This document shows, piece after piece, positions 11,987 through 24,510 of a DNA stretch of 64,000 bases; position 1 is the first letter of the stretch; the number at the start of each line of letters is the position of its first letter. The DNA lies in NCBI RefSeq assembly GCF_001194135.2, contig NC_068982.1, forward strand, positions 35,538,744-35,602,743. Reading direction: 5' to 3'. The translations under genes and the position numbers were made by a program. The stretch comes from Octopus bimaculoides. Taxonomy: Eukaryota. The notes beneath the pieces were generated by a model. It was not told where the DNA came from and searched no databases. It worked only from the letters and a program-made list of their open reading frames with translations.

Positions 11987-12362
11987 TGGAGGCGCAATGG
12001 CCCAGTGGTTAGGGCAGCGGACTTGCGGTTTCGATTCCCAGACCGGGCGTTGTGAGTGTTTATTGAGCGAAAACACCTAAAGCTCCACAAGGCTCCGGCA
12101 GGGGATGGTGGCGAACCCTGCTGTACTCTTTCACCACAACTTTCTCTCACTCTTACTACCTGTTTCTGTTGTGCCTGTAATTCAAAGGGTCAGCCTTGTC
12201 ACACTGTGTCACGCTGAATATCCCCGAGAACTACGTTAAGGGTACACGTGTCTGTGGAGTGCTCAGCCACTTGCACGTTAATTTCACGAGCAGGCTGTTC
12301 CGTTGATCGAATCAACTGGAACCCTTGACGTCGTAAGTGACAGAGTGTCAACAACAACAACA
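11987..12362 (+). mobile_element. tRNA-derived SINE, full length, (CAA)n tail
   Basis: Head TGGAGGCGCAATGGCCCAGTGGTTAGGGCAGCGGAC...GGTTTCGATTCCC; perfect 12-bp TSD ACTGACAAAGTG at 11975-11986 and 12363-12374. Confidence 0.9.
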
Positions 12363-13409
12363 ACTGACAAAGTGCCTTGTGTCATATAAGAGGGCTTTTA
12401 GGCTTGCATAATAAATTGTGGCTGACTTTCTGAAACATGTGTGTAATATAAAAATATAAATACTGGTGATCAGTTATGTCTTCTATGTTCTGTGTGTGTG
12501 TGTGTGTAATGGGAATAGGGCAAAATATATTATAGAAAATGACAGGTTTAAACTCTTTTACACAAAACGAATATATGCATATAAGGTGTAGGGCACCAAC
12601 TCACACATGAATAGTATCCATTGCATAAGCAGGATTGGGGTTATTGCTGTGGGTTTTTCCTGTTGTCTTAGTAGGGGAAGGGACACATTAGGACTTTGAT
12701 ATCCATACAGACTACATCTAACTTCATGATGCAAGTCACCTCTGCGCTCACCACTTGTCCATATTGTTGCAAACATAATGACTGTACAAGACTTCTGGCC
12801 ATGAATCTAGAGCTCCTGAGATGTATGTACTGTGATACCAGTATGGGTAGACATATGGCTGCTATCATTAGTTTCAAAAAAAATCTAAGCACATACTTCC
12901 ACCTGCACTTCCCAAGTTCGTAGAATACACACCTGACCTCACATGAATGAGGACTTCCTCCAACTCTTTTGAAAACATATGGAATTTTCCTCCTTTTTTT
13001 ACCTTTTTGTTAAACAGAAGTATGTCATCTTCCTCCTCATGCTTTACCAGATAAGTTCATCAGGCAAGGAAGTATTACCTTTTGTCATATATATCATCCA
13101 TTATTTTTCTCTTCAACTTGCTCAAGGGCTCATATCAAGACATTCTCTTTAGCTCATAACATTTGCAAATAACACATTATTGTTATTGTTGTTGATGCTA
13201 TTGTTGCTTTTTTTGTTCTGAGATTGTCTTTCAAATAAATGCTCCCAATATTTCATTGCAGGTCTTTTTTTTTTTTTTGCTTTTTTATTATTGTCAAACT
13301 TCAAAGCTTTGTAGCCTTGATTAATAATCGTATGGAGGGCCATCTATATCATATATTTCATTCATCTATTGATTGATTTATTTATTATTCAGATTTTGGT
13401 TAACAATCA

Positions 13410-13431
13410 TTGTTATTATTATTATTATTAC

Positions 13432-13476
<45 letters not shown>

Positions 13477-13485
13477 CATTATTAC

Positions 13486-13557
<72 letters not shown>

Positions 13558-13575
13558 CATTATTATTATCATTAT
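13410..13575. repeat. (TAT)n microsatellite, about 55 units
   Basis: Seen directly; source of the poly-Y/I/L ORFs. Confidence 0.98.
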
Positions 13576-15639
13576 ATCAGGTACAAGTATGTATGACATT
13601 ATAATGAGAAATTCACTTCACAATCATATGGTTTGGGATACAGCTCCACTTGAGTAAGTGTCTTCTACCAAAGACCTGGACCGATCAAAACCTTGTTAGG
13701 AAATCTGGTGGATGAAAAGTGAAAGAAGCCTGTCATGAATGTATGTATATGTATGTATATATGTACGTGTATACGTGAATTTGTGTGTGTGTGTGTGAAT
13801 GTATGTGTTTGTATTTCTTTGTCCTAATATCTCATGCTGATTGTAAATAAAGTCACTGCTCATACAAAAACAATGCCATTGATCAGTTTGTGTTCACACA
13901 TCTAAGGGGAAATATTGCTATGCTTAAAATAGATGAGGGTTCATAGCAGGAAGAGCATCTTGCCATAGAAAATCTCCCTCAACAAATTTCATCTAACCCA
14001 TGCATACATAGAAAAGTGGATGTTAAAAGGAGAAGGATCACTGTTGTGTATACTTCTGCTACTGCTATTTCTGTTTTGACTATCTCGCAATGTGCGTCAC
14101 TATTCAAATGGCTATTTCACAATAATATATGAATAGCTTAAAAATGTCTGACAAATCTTTTCTCTACTTCAGATAAGATCATATGATCACAATGGAAATG
14201 CCTTTGATCACAGGTTTGCTTGATCAGGATTGACAAAGGGTGGGAAGTAAATAACAATAACAAAATACCTGCAAAAAATTTGACTTTATGATCCATAAGA
14301 AAATAATCTTTTACATTATTCAACTCACTTCTTCAGGTCTGGAATACTGAAGCAGAATTTGTTGACTGAATTTAATTTGAGTAGGATATTTCACCTCATA
14401 CTTTTTCTACGTGGCACACTTCTAAAATGTTTAGATTACAAAAGTTCTAATCATTAGAAAGTATGTTGTCAATTTAAGATCATTCACAGTCACTAACTAT
14501 GAATTCTGGGCTTCAAAAAGGACAGAAGTAAACATTGACTTAAGCAGGATTTGAACTTAGAAGATAAAGTGACATAACTAAATACTACAAGGCGTTTGTT
14601 TGGTACTTTATTGGTATGTTCTACATTGTATCAGAATGTGTGATGTGTTGGTGTTTATATTTTGTTTCCTTGGTGTTAAAGGGTTAATGAATATATTCTT
14701 TATCTTGAGAAAGAACGCCAGCCTGTCAAAGATTCTAAGAATTTTAACTCAGCACTGAAAGCTAGCAAAACAGTCAGCTGTAAACCACTATAGTCTTCTG
14801 ATAGCAAGCACTTGTACATTCCAAAGTACTCATAAACAGTTAGATGGTCTCATTTATTGAGAGCACTTTTTAAAGAGTGTAACTAGGACCAATCAACAAG
14901 TTTGGTGGTATTTATTGTCTCTCAGATATTGTCACTAAAGATGTTGAGCTTAGAGCACTATTCTAATGGAACACAAATTTTATATTGTCTGTTACTATTT
15001 ACAATGGTTATTCTTTTAACACTAAATGGGCTGGATCCATTTGTGGCTCAGTTGTTGTGATCAATGACAAAGCAACATGGGATACTGGTGCAGGATATGG
15101 ACCACAGATTTTTCAGTTTATAGTCTGATACCTTGTCAATCTGCCCTCCTTTGGCTCTGTCAGCTTATAAGCTAATTACCAAATAACTTGGTTTACTGCA
15201 GCTCCTAATTAGATAAAGGTGAGAAAAGTAAAAATGACAAGAAGATAAGGCAGTGCTTCTCTCATATGCAGATGATTTTCACACAGGGTAAAAAGAAATA
15301 ACAGTAATAATAACAATAACAATGATACTTGTTTGGTAATCATTATCTTAGAAATGTATAAGTAAAAATGACCACAACAAATTGGTTCTCATAAAGACTG
15401 AAATTTCACAAACATACATGTGGAAAAATTCTACATTTTAAAACTTGTTTCTTGTAAATACTTGTTTGCACAACATTATGGGTTTATCCTATTTTACAGA
15501 TTCAGAAAACGCTTCATGAATGCAAGATATAGTGTATTACATTAATTATTTAAAATCATTAAGATTTGCTGCATAAAATAATTTGGTATGCCTAGAGTCT
15601 TGAGAACATCAAATGGTGCCATCACATTTCCAACAAAAA

Positions 15640-15990
15640 TTATGTGTGCATACATCAGCCCATAACCTCCTACCTCATAGCTATCCATCGCATATGCTGG
15701 TACAGACATGTCCTCCAGCTCCCGTTAGTTCATCCTACTAAGGCTTTACTCTTATTCGACATAGCAGTTGCAAGCTGGAAGAGACCTCATAGTAGGCCCC
15801 ACACCAGATGGCTGGACGTGATTGGGGAAGAGCTCCAGAGACTCAACGTCACCGGGAAGGATGCAGAGGGGCTGGCACAAAACTGCCAGCAATGGAGAGC
15901 ACTGGTGAACCTGTTCAGCTCTATGCATGATGACCTCTCTGGGACTGTTAATCTGAGATGACCCCAGTGCCATCAAGTATGTAGCAGCAG
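15640..15990 (+). mobile_element. RTE-clade LINE 3' fragment
   Basis: RICWYRHVLQLP...WKRPHSRPHTRWLDVIGEELQRLNVT..DAEGLAQNCQQWRALV matches the RTE C-terminal pattern RLRWYGHV...KRPRGRP..RW...AQ.R..WR.LV. Confidence 0.8.
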
Positions 15991-16325
15991 GCAGCAGCCT
16001 TGAGTCTTAAGGTGTTGTGCAAGGTAGTTCTTGTGAATAAATTAGTTGACTTGGAGTTTCTAATCAAGCATGTTAACCAATCAGTGACTGTACTATAGTG
16101 TATCATTCAATACTTGTAGCTTATACATAGACATTAAAATGATGGTGATATCATTAGTTTTTATTACAATAGAGCAGCATTGGTAAAAATTAAATTAATG
16201 AAATTTTAAAAGGAGGTTATGACGATACTATGAAATTTACACAATACAAACATTTATCATACTTCGATTTTGTATCTATTTTACAAGATTCTTTATGTGA
16301 ATTTGTGTGTTGAAGCAAATCTTGT

Positions 16326-16583
16326 TGTGTCTGGGAAGAGTCGTATTGTCTTAATACCTTATTATCTAACACACTCACTGGTTCAATTTCCACTCATTTA
16401 TTTCTTTTTTTTCTTTTAAAATTTTTGTTGCTTTTGCAACTTTGTCAACAGATGTTGACAAGGTTGCAAAAGCAGCAAAAATTTTAAAAGAAAAAAATAT
16501 ATAAATAATAAATGAGTGGAAACTGAACCAGTGAGTGTATTAGATAATAAGGTACTAAGACAATATGACTCTCCCCAGACACA
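16326..16583. repeat. Long palindrome / fold-back element (arms about 125-131 bp, 2-nt loop)
   Basis: Arms 16326-16450 and 16453-16583 are reverse complements, centred on TTGTCAACA-GA-TGTTGACAA. Confidence 0.95.
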
Positions 16584-16746
16584 TATTACTGCTTTTATTA
16601 ATTTAACTTTTGTAACAAGTAGAAAAGGTACCATTCCATACTTTTTTGTCCAACCATTACCTGTAATCAACTAACCTTTCTCACCAAAAATTCATATCAA
16701 ATAGAAAGGACTATTATCTATTTCTTTCTTTTCACAACCCTCTCTC

Positions 16747-16786
<40 letters not shown>

Positions 16787-17034
16787 NNNNNNNNNNNNNN
16801 NNNNNNNNNNNNNNNNNNNNNNNNNNNNNNNNNNNNNNNNNNNNNNNNNNNNNNNNNNNNNNNNNNNNNNNNNNNNNNNNNNNNNNNNNNNNNNNNNNNN
16901 NNNNNNNNNNNNNNNNNNNNNNNNNNNNNNNNNNNNNNNNNNNNNNNNNNNNNNNNNNNNNNNNNNNNNNNNNNNNNNNNNNNNNNNNNNNNNNNNNNNN
17001 NNNNNNNNNNNNNNNNNNNNNNNNNNNNNNNNNN

Positions 17035-17078
<44 letters not shown>

Positions 17079-17549
17079 AACATACATATATAAATAATAC
17101 ATACATACATGCACATACACACATACTGATTATACTAATGAAGAGCATATAAAAGAAATTACTACTACTGATCCAGCTATACACTAAGAACTACTACTAC
17201 TACTATTACTACTACTACTACTACTACTACTTCTATCACTGCTAATACTAATAGTATATCATGATCATCTGTACAGGAGAATTGTTACTATGCACCCACT
17301 GTACATGGTGTATGTCTGGTGACAGACACGACTGGGCAAGCTGAGTAGATATGTCTATATATCCCATACAGGCAGGGCAAAGAGAACAGCTGCCGAATGA
17401 AACGATGATGAAATATCTGTAGTTTATATATTATTTGGCCTGTCATCAAAAATGCTAGGATTTTCATTACCATATGGGGTTGGAATATTTGTCTGGATGG
17501 AGTGTCTGGATAATTTTGGTGGTGGGTTGAAGGAGCAGCCAATAACTAT

Positions 17550-17562
17550 GGTAGTGGTAGTG

Positions 17563-17624
<62 letters not shown>

Positions 17625-17640
17625 GGTGGTTGTGATGATG
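17550..17640. repeat. (GTA)n-(GTG)n microsatellite
   Basis: Seen directly; a complementary (CTA)n tract lies at about 17160-17240. Confidence 0.95.
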
Positions 17641-17917
17641 GTAATGTTGCCAGTAGGATGTGGAAAATGATTGTAGGTTGTGGAAGTGTAAACCTGTGGT
17701 GGAGGGTTACATTGGGTGGTGGAATGGCAGTGGGTTGTGAAAGTCAGTTGTGGCAGCAGCATTGGTGGTGGTGGTGGTGGTAGTAGTGGTAGTGGTTGTG
17801 GTGGTGGTAGGTTGAGGAAGAGAGTGATAAATTATGCAAGTTGATGGGGTAATTTTGGTGGTGGGCCGAGGAAGATGGCAGTGGTTAGGGTAGTGTTAAT
17901 ATTACTAATTAGAATAG

Positions 17918-18600
17918 AGTGGTTAGCTGGCAGAGTCGTTAGCACATCAGGCAAAACGCTTAGCAGCATTTCATCCATCTTTACATTCTGAGTTCAAATT
18001 CCACTGAGGACGACTTTACCTGTCATTCTTTCAGGGTCGATAAAATAAGTACTAGTTAAGTGCTGGGGTCGAAGTAATCGACTAGACGTTCCCTTGAAAT
18101 TGCTGGCTTCATGCCAAAATTTGAAACTAATTATTAATTAAAAGAAGTTAGCAAGCTGGCAGAATTGTTTAGCACAACAGTTGAAATGCTTAGTGGTATT
18201 TCATTCATCTTCATGTTCTGAGTTCAAATTCTGATGAGGCCAACTTTGCCTTTCATTCTTTCAGGGTCGATAAAATAAGTACCAGTTGAGCACTGAAATC
18301 AATGTAATTGACTTGCCCATATCTCGAAATTACTGGCCTTGTGCCAAAATTTGAAACTAATATTACTAATTAAAACAAAGCAACAAGCTGGCAGAATCGT
18401 TAGCACAACAGGTAAATGCTTAGTGGTATTTCGTCTGTCTTTACATTCTGGGTTCAAATTCCACTGAGGACGGTTTTTTGCCCTTCATTCTTTCAGGATC
18501 AATAAAATAAGTACCAGCTGAGTACTGATATCAATGTAATTGATTTGCCTTTCCCTTGAAATTGCTGGCCTTGTGTCAAAATTTGAAACCAATATTGCAA
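17918..18600 (+). mobile_element. Three head-to-tail copies of a tRNA-head SINE with a Nin/Deu-like core
   Basis: Each unit of about 230 bp reads AGCTGGCAGA..GTTAGCAC...TTCTGAGTTCAAATTC...CATTCTTTCAGGGTCGATAAAATAAGTAC...CCAAAATTTGAAAC. Core family name is from memory. Confidence 0.85.
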
Positions 18601-19785
18601 ATTAGAATAATACAAATATTAATTTCTGATTTAGGTATAGGGCTTCCAATTTCTAAGGATGGTTATCAGCATTATTAAATTGACCCTAGTTATTGTCAGG
18701 TGAGATAAGATATGATCTGCTACAGGTAATCATGAAAACCAGTGCTACCTGTTTCACAATTAGCAACTAGACTAAATAACCACAACAATCCTCTTGGTCA
18801 GTGGTTCTCAACCATCTTTTGCCTGTGTACCCCTTTGGTTCCTATTTTACTCCACTGGTCCCTCATGGCCATTTAACTCTTTAGCATTCGCATTACTCTG
18901 TCAAATGTAATGTTTAACAAGAGGGACACTTGTTAAGTACTTGACAGATGCTATAATTAACCTTGGAAGGATAAAAAATAGAATTGTCTTTAGTAGGATT
19001 TGAATTCAAGATATAAGGAACAGTACCCATACATTCAAGCTATAACGATTTATAACCATATATTCAAGGTATAGTAGTCTATAACCAAATAGCAAACAAG
19101 CAGAATCATTAACATGCCAGACGAAATACTTGGTTCAATTTCCACCAAGGTTGACTTTGCCTTTCAGGGTTCAGTGAAATAAGTAGTACTTGAACACTGG
19201 GGTTGATGTAATCGATTTAACTACTCTTGGGTATGAGTATAAAAACTGCATCCCTCTGCCAAGCTATGTCAAGCCTGTGTGGCAGAGTAGGCTCATCAAA
19301 CCAATAAGATCTCAAGTTCAAATTCTTGGCCTCCACATCAGACTGTAGTTGGTGGAGAGAACATGCTGAAGCCCTCATCCTGCAGTGGACTGAACATGGA
19401 CTATCCAATCAAATCCAACCAAATACTACAAAGCATTTTGTCCGACATTCCAATGATTCTGCCAATATTTCAGTTATTGTTGTTGTTGTTGTTGTTTTGT
19501 TACTTAGCTCCATCTTGGCCCTGACTCAGTAGACATGGTAAAAGTGGAGCTCCAGCTGCAATAACCCTGCCCCATCTGCTCCTCATATGATTGTCCCTGA
19601 CACAGTGCAGTCAGGACGACATATGTCCAATGTGTCCTTCGCCCTGCAAAACAGTAGAATGTGATTTAAGGAAGATTTGGTAGCTCATTCTAGCAGGTCA
19701 AGCTCAAACAATCCTGTGGAGGTTCTCTTATTTAATAGCTGGTTGGCTGTTACTTCAGATCTCAGTAGTGATGATGGTGTTGTTG

Positions 19786-19950
19786 CTTCTTCTTCTTCTT
19801 CTTCTTCTTCTTCTTCTTCTTCTTCTTCTTCTCTTCCTTCTTCTTCTTCTTCTTCTTCTTCTTCTTCTTCTTCTTCTTCTTCTCCTCCTCCTCCTTCTTT
19901 ATCTCCTCCTCCTCCTCCTCCTCCTTCTGCTGCTGCTGCTGGTTGTTGTC
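19786..19950. repeat. Compound triplet microsatellite (TTC)n-(CTC)n-(CTG)n
   Basis: Seen directly; source of the poly-S/E/L/P ORFs. Confidence 0.97.
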
Positions 19951-21034
19951 GAATGGAAGTTATGACTGGTGACGTTGGTAGCAACAAGTGCTTTTAGTAT
20001 TAATGTTACTAGCTAGAGGTGTTGTTGCAGTTGACTAGCCTCAAGTCAGTTCTGATCAAGTACATGTGCGTGTGTATTTGTGTGATTCAAGGCATTCTAT
20101 CCATGACCATCCTGTCTTTTTTTTTCAGGGTTACCTAGGACTGTATTATCTATGTTTCAACCCCTATTTCAAGATAACACAAGGTTAAAAAAATTGCTGG
20201 CCTTCTGCCAAAATTTGAAACCATTATTATTATTATTATTATTAAAGGTGTTGAACTAGCAGCATCATTAGAAATTTGGACAAAATACTTCATGGCATTT
20301 CTTCCAGCTTGCTGTAGTCTGAGTTCAAATACTTATGTCTATAGTAGAAACAATTATTATTTATTATTATGTATCAACAAAAGTAGTTTTATTTATCATA
20401 TATTAGTTGGTGGTGTCTGATGATGGCTGTAATATAACAGTAATGATGATGATGATGACGACGACAACGATGAATGACCTGATGCAGTACGAGGCAGTGG
20501 CTCTCATGGCTTCTGATCTTAACTGATTGGAAGTGTTATCATGTACATTGTTTTGTCATGGTATAAAAGGTGGGCTTACAGTAAATATTCTGCTCAATAC
20601 CACAGATTTGCTTGTCAGTTGTTTGACCATAACCAGTTGAGCATGTCCCTTGGTGGCTGACGATATGTGCATCTCTGATCACAAGCAGAAGTAGTAGGGG
20701 AGCATCATAGCCATGTGTTGAGGAATTCTTTCGGGTTTGAATAATTCGCTTCTGAAAGCATGGGTATTTCGTTCATCATCCTTAAACAAACCTTATTCAG
20801 AGACCTTTTGAGCAGGATGGGCTACTCAACTTGAAGAAAATTCTAACTGGGCCCCACCTGCAAGGTCATGCACTGGTTTATCTTGATATAAGATCATGTC
20901 ATGCACATGTGGTTATGATGCATGTGCCTGGTGTACCCTTATCAAACAGGTAGTCATGATGGGTATATTGGGCATCATGTAATTGTACCCCAGTGTCACT
21001 TAGATAGCATGCGCTGTTCAATAATAATAATAAT

Positions 21035-21757
21035 AATAATCCTTTCTACTAAAGGCACAAGGCCTGACATTTTGGGAGAGAAGTCTAGTCAATTATGTCT
21101 ACTCCAGTCTTTCACTTATATTTAATTTATCACCCCCATGAGAATGAACGGCAAAGTCGACCTCGGCAGAATTTGAACTCAGAATGTAAAGACGGACGAA
21201 AAGCAGCTCAGCATTTTGCCTGGCTGCTAACAATTCTGCTAGCTCACTGCCATAATAATAATAATGATAATAATAATAACAATAGTAATAATAATAATAA
21301 TAATGATAATAATGGTTTCAAATTTTGCCATAAGGGCAGCAGTTTGGGGAGAGGGTGTAAGTCAATTACATCGACTCCAGTGTTCAATTGGTGCTTATTT
21401 TATCAACCCTGAAAAGATGGAAGGCAAAGTTGACCTTGGTGGAATTTGAACTCGTAACGGAGCAATGGGTGAAATATTGCTAAGCATTTTGTCCATGCTA
21501 ACAATTCTGCCAGCTCACCGCCTTAATAATAATAATAGTAATAATCCTTTCTACTACAGGCACAAGTCACGAAATTTTGTGGAGATGGTGCTAGTCAATT
21601 ACATTGACACCAGTATTCAACTGGTACTTATTTTGTTGAGCCCAAAAGGGATGAAAGGCAAAGTCATTGTCAGGAGCATTTGAACTCAAAATATGAAACC
21701 AGAAGAAATGCCGTTAAACAATTTGTCCTGTGCAGTAATGATTCTTTCAGCTCACTA

Positions 21758-21765
<8 letters not shown>
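21035..21765 (-). mobile_element. Chain of three same-family SINE copies separated by (AAT)n tracts
   Basis: Copies at about 21040-21245, 21310-21520 and 21545-21760. Other copies of the family at about 2095-2315(+), 11030-11205(-), 19095-19225(+), 36135-36330(-), 51200-51400(+) and 61485-61710(+). Confidence 0.82.
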
Positions 21766-21797
<32 letters not shown>

Positions 21798-21819
21798 TTT
21801 AAAAATAGTAGTGGTAGTA

Positions 21820-22241
21820 CCAAGAGTACTTAGAGAGGGCAAACCTCAGCTAAGGCAACACCAACGTCCTCTCAACAATTAGCCGGAGATGNNNNNNNNN
21901 NGGCAAACCTCAGCTAAGGCAACACCAACGTCCTCTCAACAATTAGCCGGAGATGATTTTTAAAATTAGAATATCTGAAATAAACTCGACTGCTCTCACA
22001 AACGAGAATACTAAAAATGAACCCGACCGCTCTCAAAAATTAAAACGGGGAAAATAATCCAGAATCCTTGTCCGGTACCAGATTGGTCCCAAAATCTAAT
22101 CAGTTCATGCCAGTCATGAGGTCAAACATCCCTGAAACTTTCATCAGAATCTATCCAGCGGTTTTTGAGATATCTTGTCCACAGACAAACAAACAAACAC
22201 GACTGAAAACAATACCTCCGCCTTCGTTAAGGCGGAGGTAA
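21820..22241 (+). mobile_element. Helentron-associated non-autonomous element (HINE/DINE-1-like)
   Basis: 3' hairpin TACCTCCGCCTT-CGTT-AAGGCGGAGGTA (22213-22240), 5' sub-terminal ACCTCAGCTAAGGC, (CAAA)n microsatellite near the 3' end. The internal 50-bp duplication around the 10-N gap is an assembly artefact. Confidence 0.65.
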
Positions 22242-24057
22242 TAATGACACTGACTACAATAGTAATAATAATAAGAATACCTAGTAACAGAAAAATAGAA
22301 AAGATCTAAATATTCTTATGTAAGTAATCTATTGTTCATCGAAGTAAAGTGAAGGGAAAGGAAAGGGGGAGGTATGATAATGGAGATTGATTTCCCTTTT
22401 TTTTTTGTTTTTTTTTCTTTTTCATGTTTAGGAGATGATGTTTGTTGTATTGAGAAATTGTGTGCAGTAAATGCAGCATATAGCTGCAGTGATAGTTTCA
22501 TAAATTAACAATGCAATATGCATAGAAAAGAAAAAAAAAATGATGCGGGAAGGAAGCTGAAACTATTGGTCATTGCTGTGGAACAAATTAATTCCATTTC
22601 AATTAACTTCAGCACAACAAGTAATTACATCATATTTGTGTGTGTGTGTGTGTGCATTTGTATTTTCATATGTGTGTTTGTGTGCACATATAATTTCATG
22701 TATGTGTGTGTTTATGTACATGTGTAACTTCCACATGAAATGCAGCAGGATTTGGAAAGACAGTGATGATGTTTACACTATATATCTATGCTATAAACTA
22801 CATCAGCTTGTATGCCAAAAAATACAGTGTGTGTGTGTATGTATGCGTGTTTGTGTTCATTTGTAATTTCATATGTGTGTTTGTGTGCACTGAATGGGTA
22901 AGAAGTGTTCTTTGCAATCACAGGATCCTAGTTTCAACCTCACTACACGGTACCTTGGACAGGTCTCTTTTAACTATAATCTTGGGCAGACTCCCATGCC
23001 TTCTGAATGGAATTGGGCAGATGGAAACTGACTTGTTGAATATATTCTACCTGCGCTTTAAAGACCTAGCTTCATCACAAATTGTGACTCACGGACTCTG
23101 TTGGAGGATTACACCAAGGATATGTGTTACTGGACATACTACTTGTACTTGTGATGGCATTCATCCAGGGTGGGTTGAGCCAACTCTAACCAATGAGTTC
23201 ACCACATTCCTCATGAATGCTAACCACATCCAGTGAGGGCCAGATTACAAATTTGACAAATGTCCCACTAGGAGAGCAATCATATCAGTGCAGACATCAT
23301 AGCAGTAGTCATTCACTGTTGAGGTGTAGAATTCATGTTATTGGACATACCTCATGTTAGTTTCATCAGTCTTATTTCCAACACCAAACTCTTGGATTAT
23401 GTCAGAACTGAAGATCAAAGATGGATAACTAAATTGGTTTCAAATTTTGGCATTATGTCATGCTTGAGAAGAAAACCCATCAAGCTGAGCAAAATCAGTC
23501 ATAACAGATACTGCATGCAACTGGAACACATGCCAGTGGCACATAAAAGCACCCATTACACTCTTGGAGTGGTTGGCATTAGGAAGGGCATCCAGCTGTA
23601 GAAAACCATGCCAAATCAGACTGGAGCCTGGCACAGCCTTCCAGCATGCCAGCCCAGTCAAACTATCCAACCCATGCCAGCATGGACAACGGACGTTAAA
23701 TGAAGATGATGATGATGTGTGTGTAGACAGATAGATAGATTAAAAACAGCACTGCATCAGTTACAACGTCAAGGGTTCAAGTCACTACCCGAGTTGCTAT
23801 AAAGAGGGATTAAACTGAAAACCATGAGGTTGAGAAGCAAACTTCTTACCTTCACATTGACACCTGTGTCAAAATACACCTACTTTTTTAAGACAATGTT
23901 ACAATGTGATTTGAGGATGCATTGGCCACTATTTCTTTCAGATCTAACCACCATGTAGCATCTCTTTATTTTGAATTATTTCAGCTTAGTTTGATTTCGT
24001 ATGTTAATATACAGTTTAAGTAAATTGTTAAATCTAAAGGTCACCCAAATATCTACT

Positions 24058-24271
24058 CTCTCTTTTTTACTCTTTTACTTGTTTCAGTCATTTGACTGCG
24101 GCCATGCTAGAGCTCCACCTTTAGTCGAGCAAATTGACCCCAGGATTTATTCTTTGTAAGCCTAGTACTTATTCTATCGGTCTCTTTTTGCCGAACCGCT
24201 AAGTTATGGGGACGTAAACACACCAGCATCGGTTGTCAAGCGATGTTGGGGGGACAAACACAGACACACAA

Positions 24272-24344
<73 letters not shown>

Positions 24345-24510
24345 CATATATACAACAGGCTTCTTTCAGTTTCCGTCTACCAAATCCACTCACAAAGCTT
24401 TGGTCTGCCCGAGGCTATAGTAGAAGACACTTGCTCAAGGTGCCACGCAATGGGACTGAACCCGGAACCACGTGGTTGGTAAGCAAGCTACTTACCACAC
24501 AGCCACTCCT
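24058..24510 (-). mobile_element. tRNA-head CORE-like SINE with internal (CA)n, full length
   Basis: Minus strand GGAGTGGCTGTGTGGTAAG...GGCACCTTGAGCAAGTGTCTTCTACTATAGCCTCGGGCAGACCAAAGC...GACTGAAACAAGTAAAAGAG. Related copies at about 147-310, 25463-25850, 29055-29660, 42640-42765, 44900-45035, 51420-51740, 53190-53520 and 60845-61005. Confidence 0.85.

Noticed and set aside
12580-13130. Possible ancient LINE remnant (also 22990-23330, 28650-29030, 55940-56300)
   Set aside because: Only hints of motifs (e.g. PWEDKVLQG near 56170); too decayed to assign without alignment.
13369-13657. Poly-Y/I/L ORFs, and poly-V/T, poly-S/E/P and YIYI/HTHT ORFs throughout
   Set aside because: Translations of microsatellites; no splice context or domain content.
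17918-18600. Regularly spaced repeats as a CRISPR-like array
   Set aside because: Units are ~230-bp SINEs without unique spacers, in eukaryotic context with no cas genes.
21838-21954. About 50-bp direct duplication around a 10-N gap (same pattern at 29234-29557 and 59973-60082)
   Set aside because: Identical sequence on both sides of a gap is the signature of unmerged contig overlaps, not biology.
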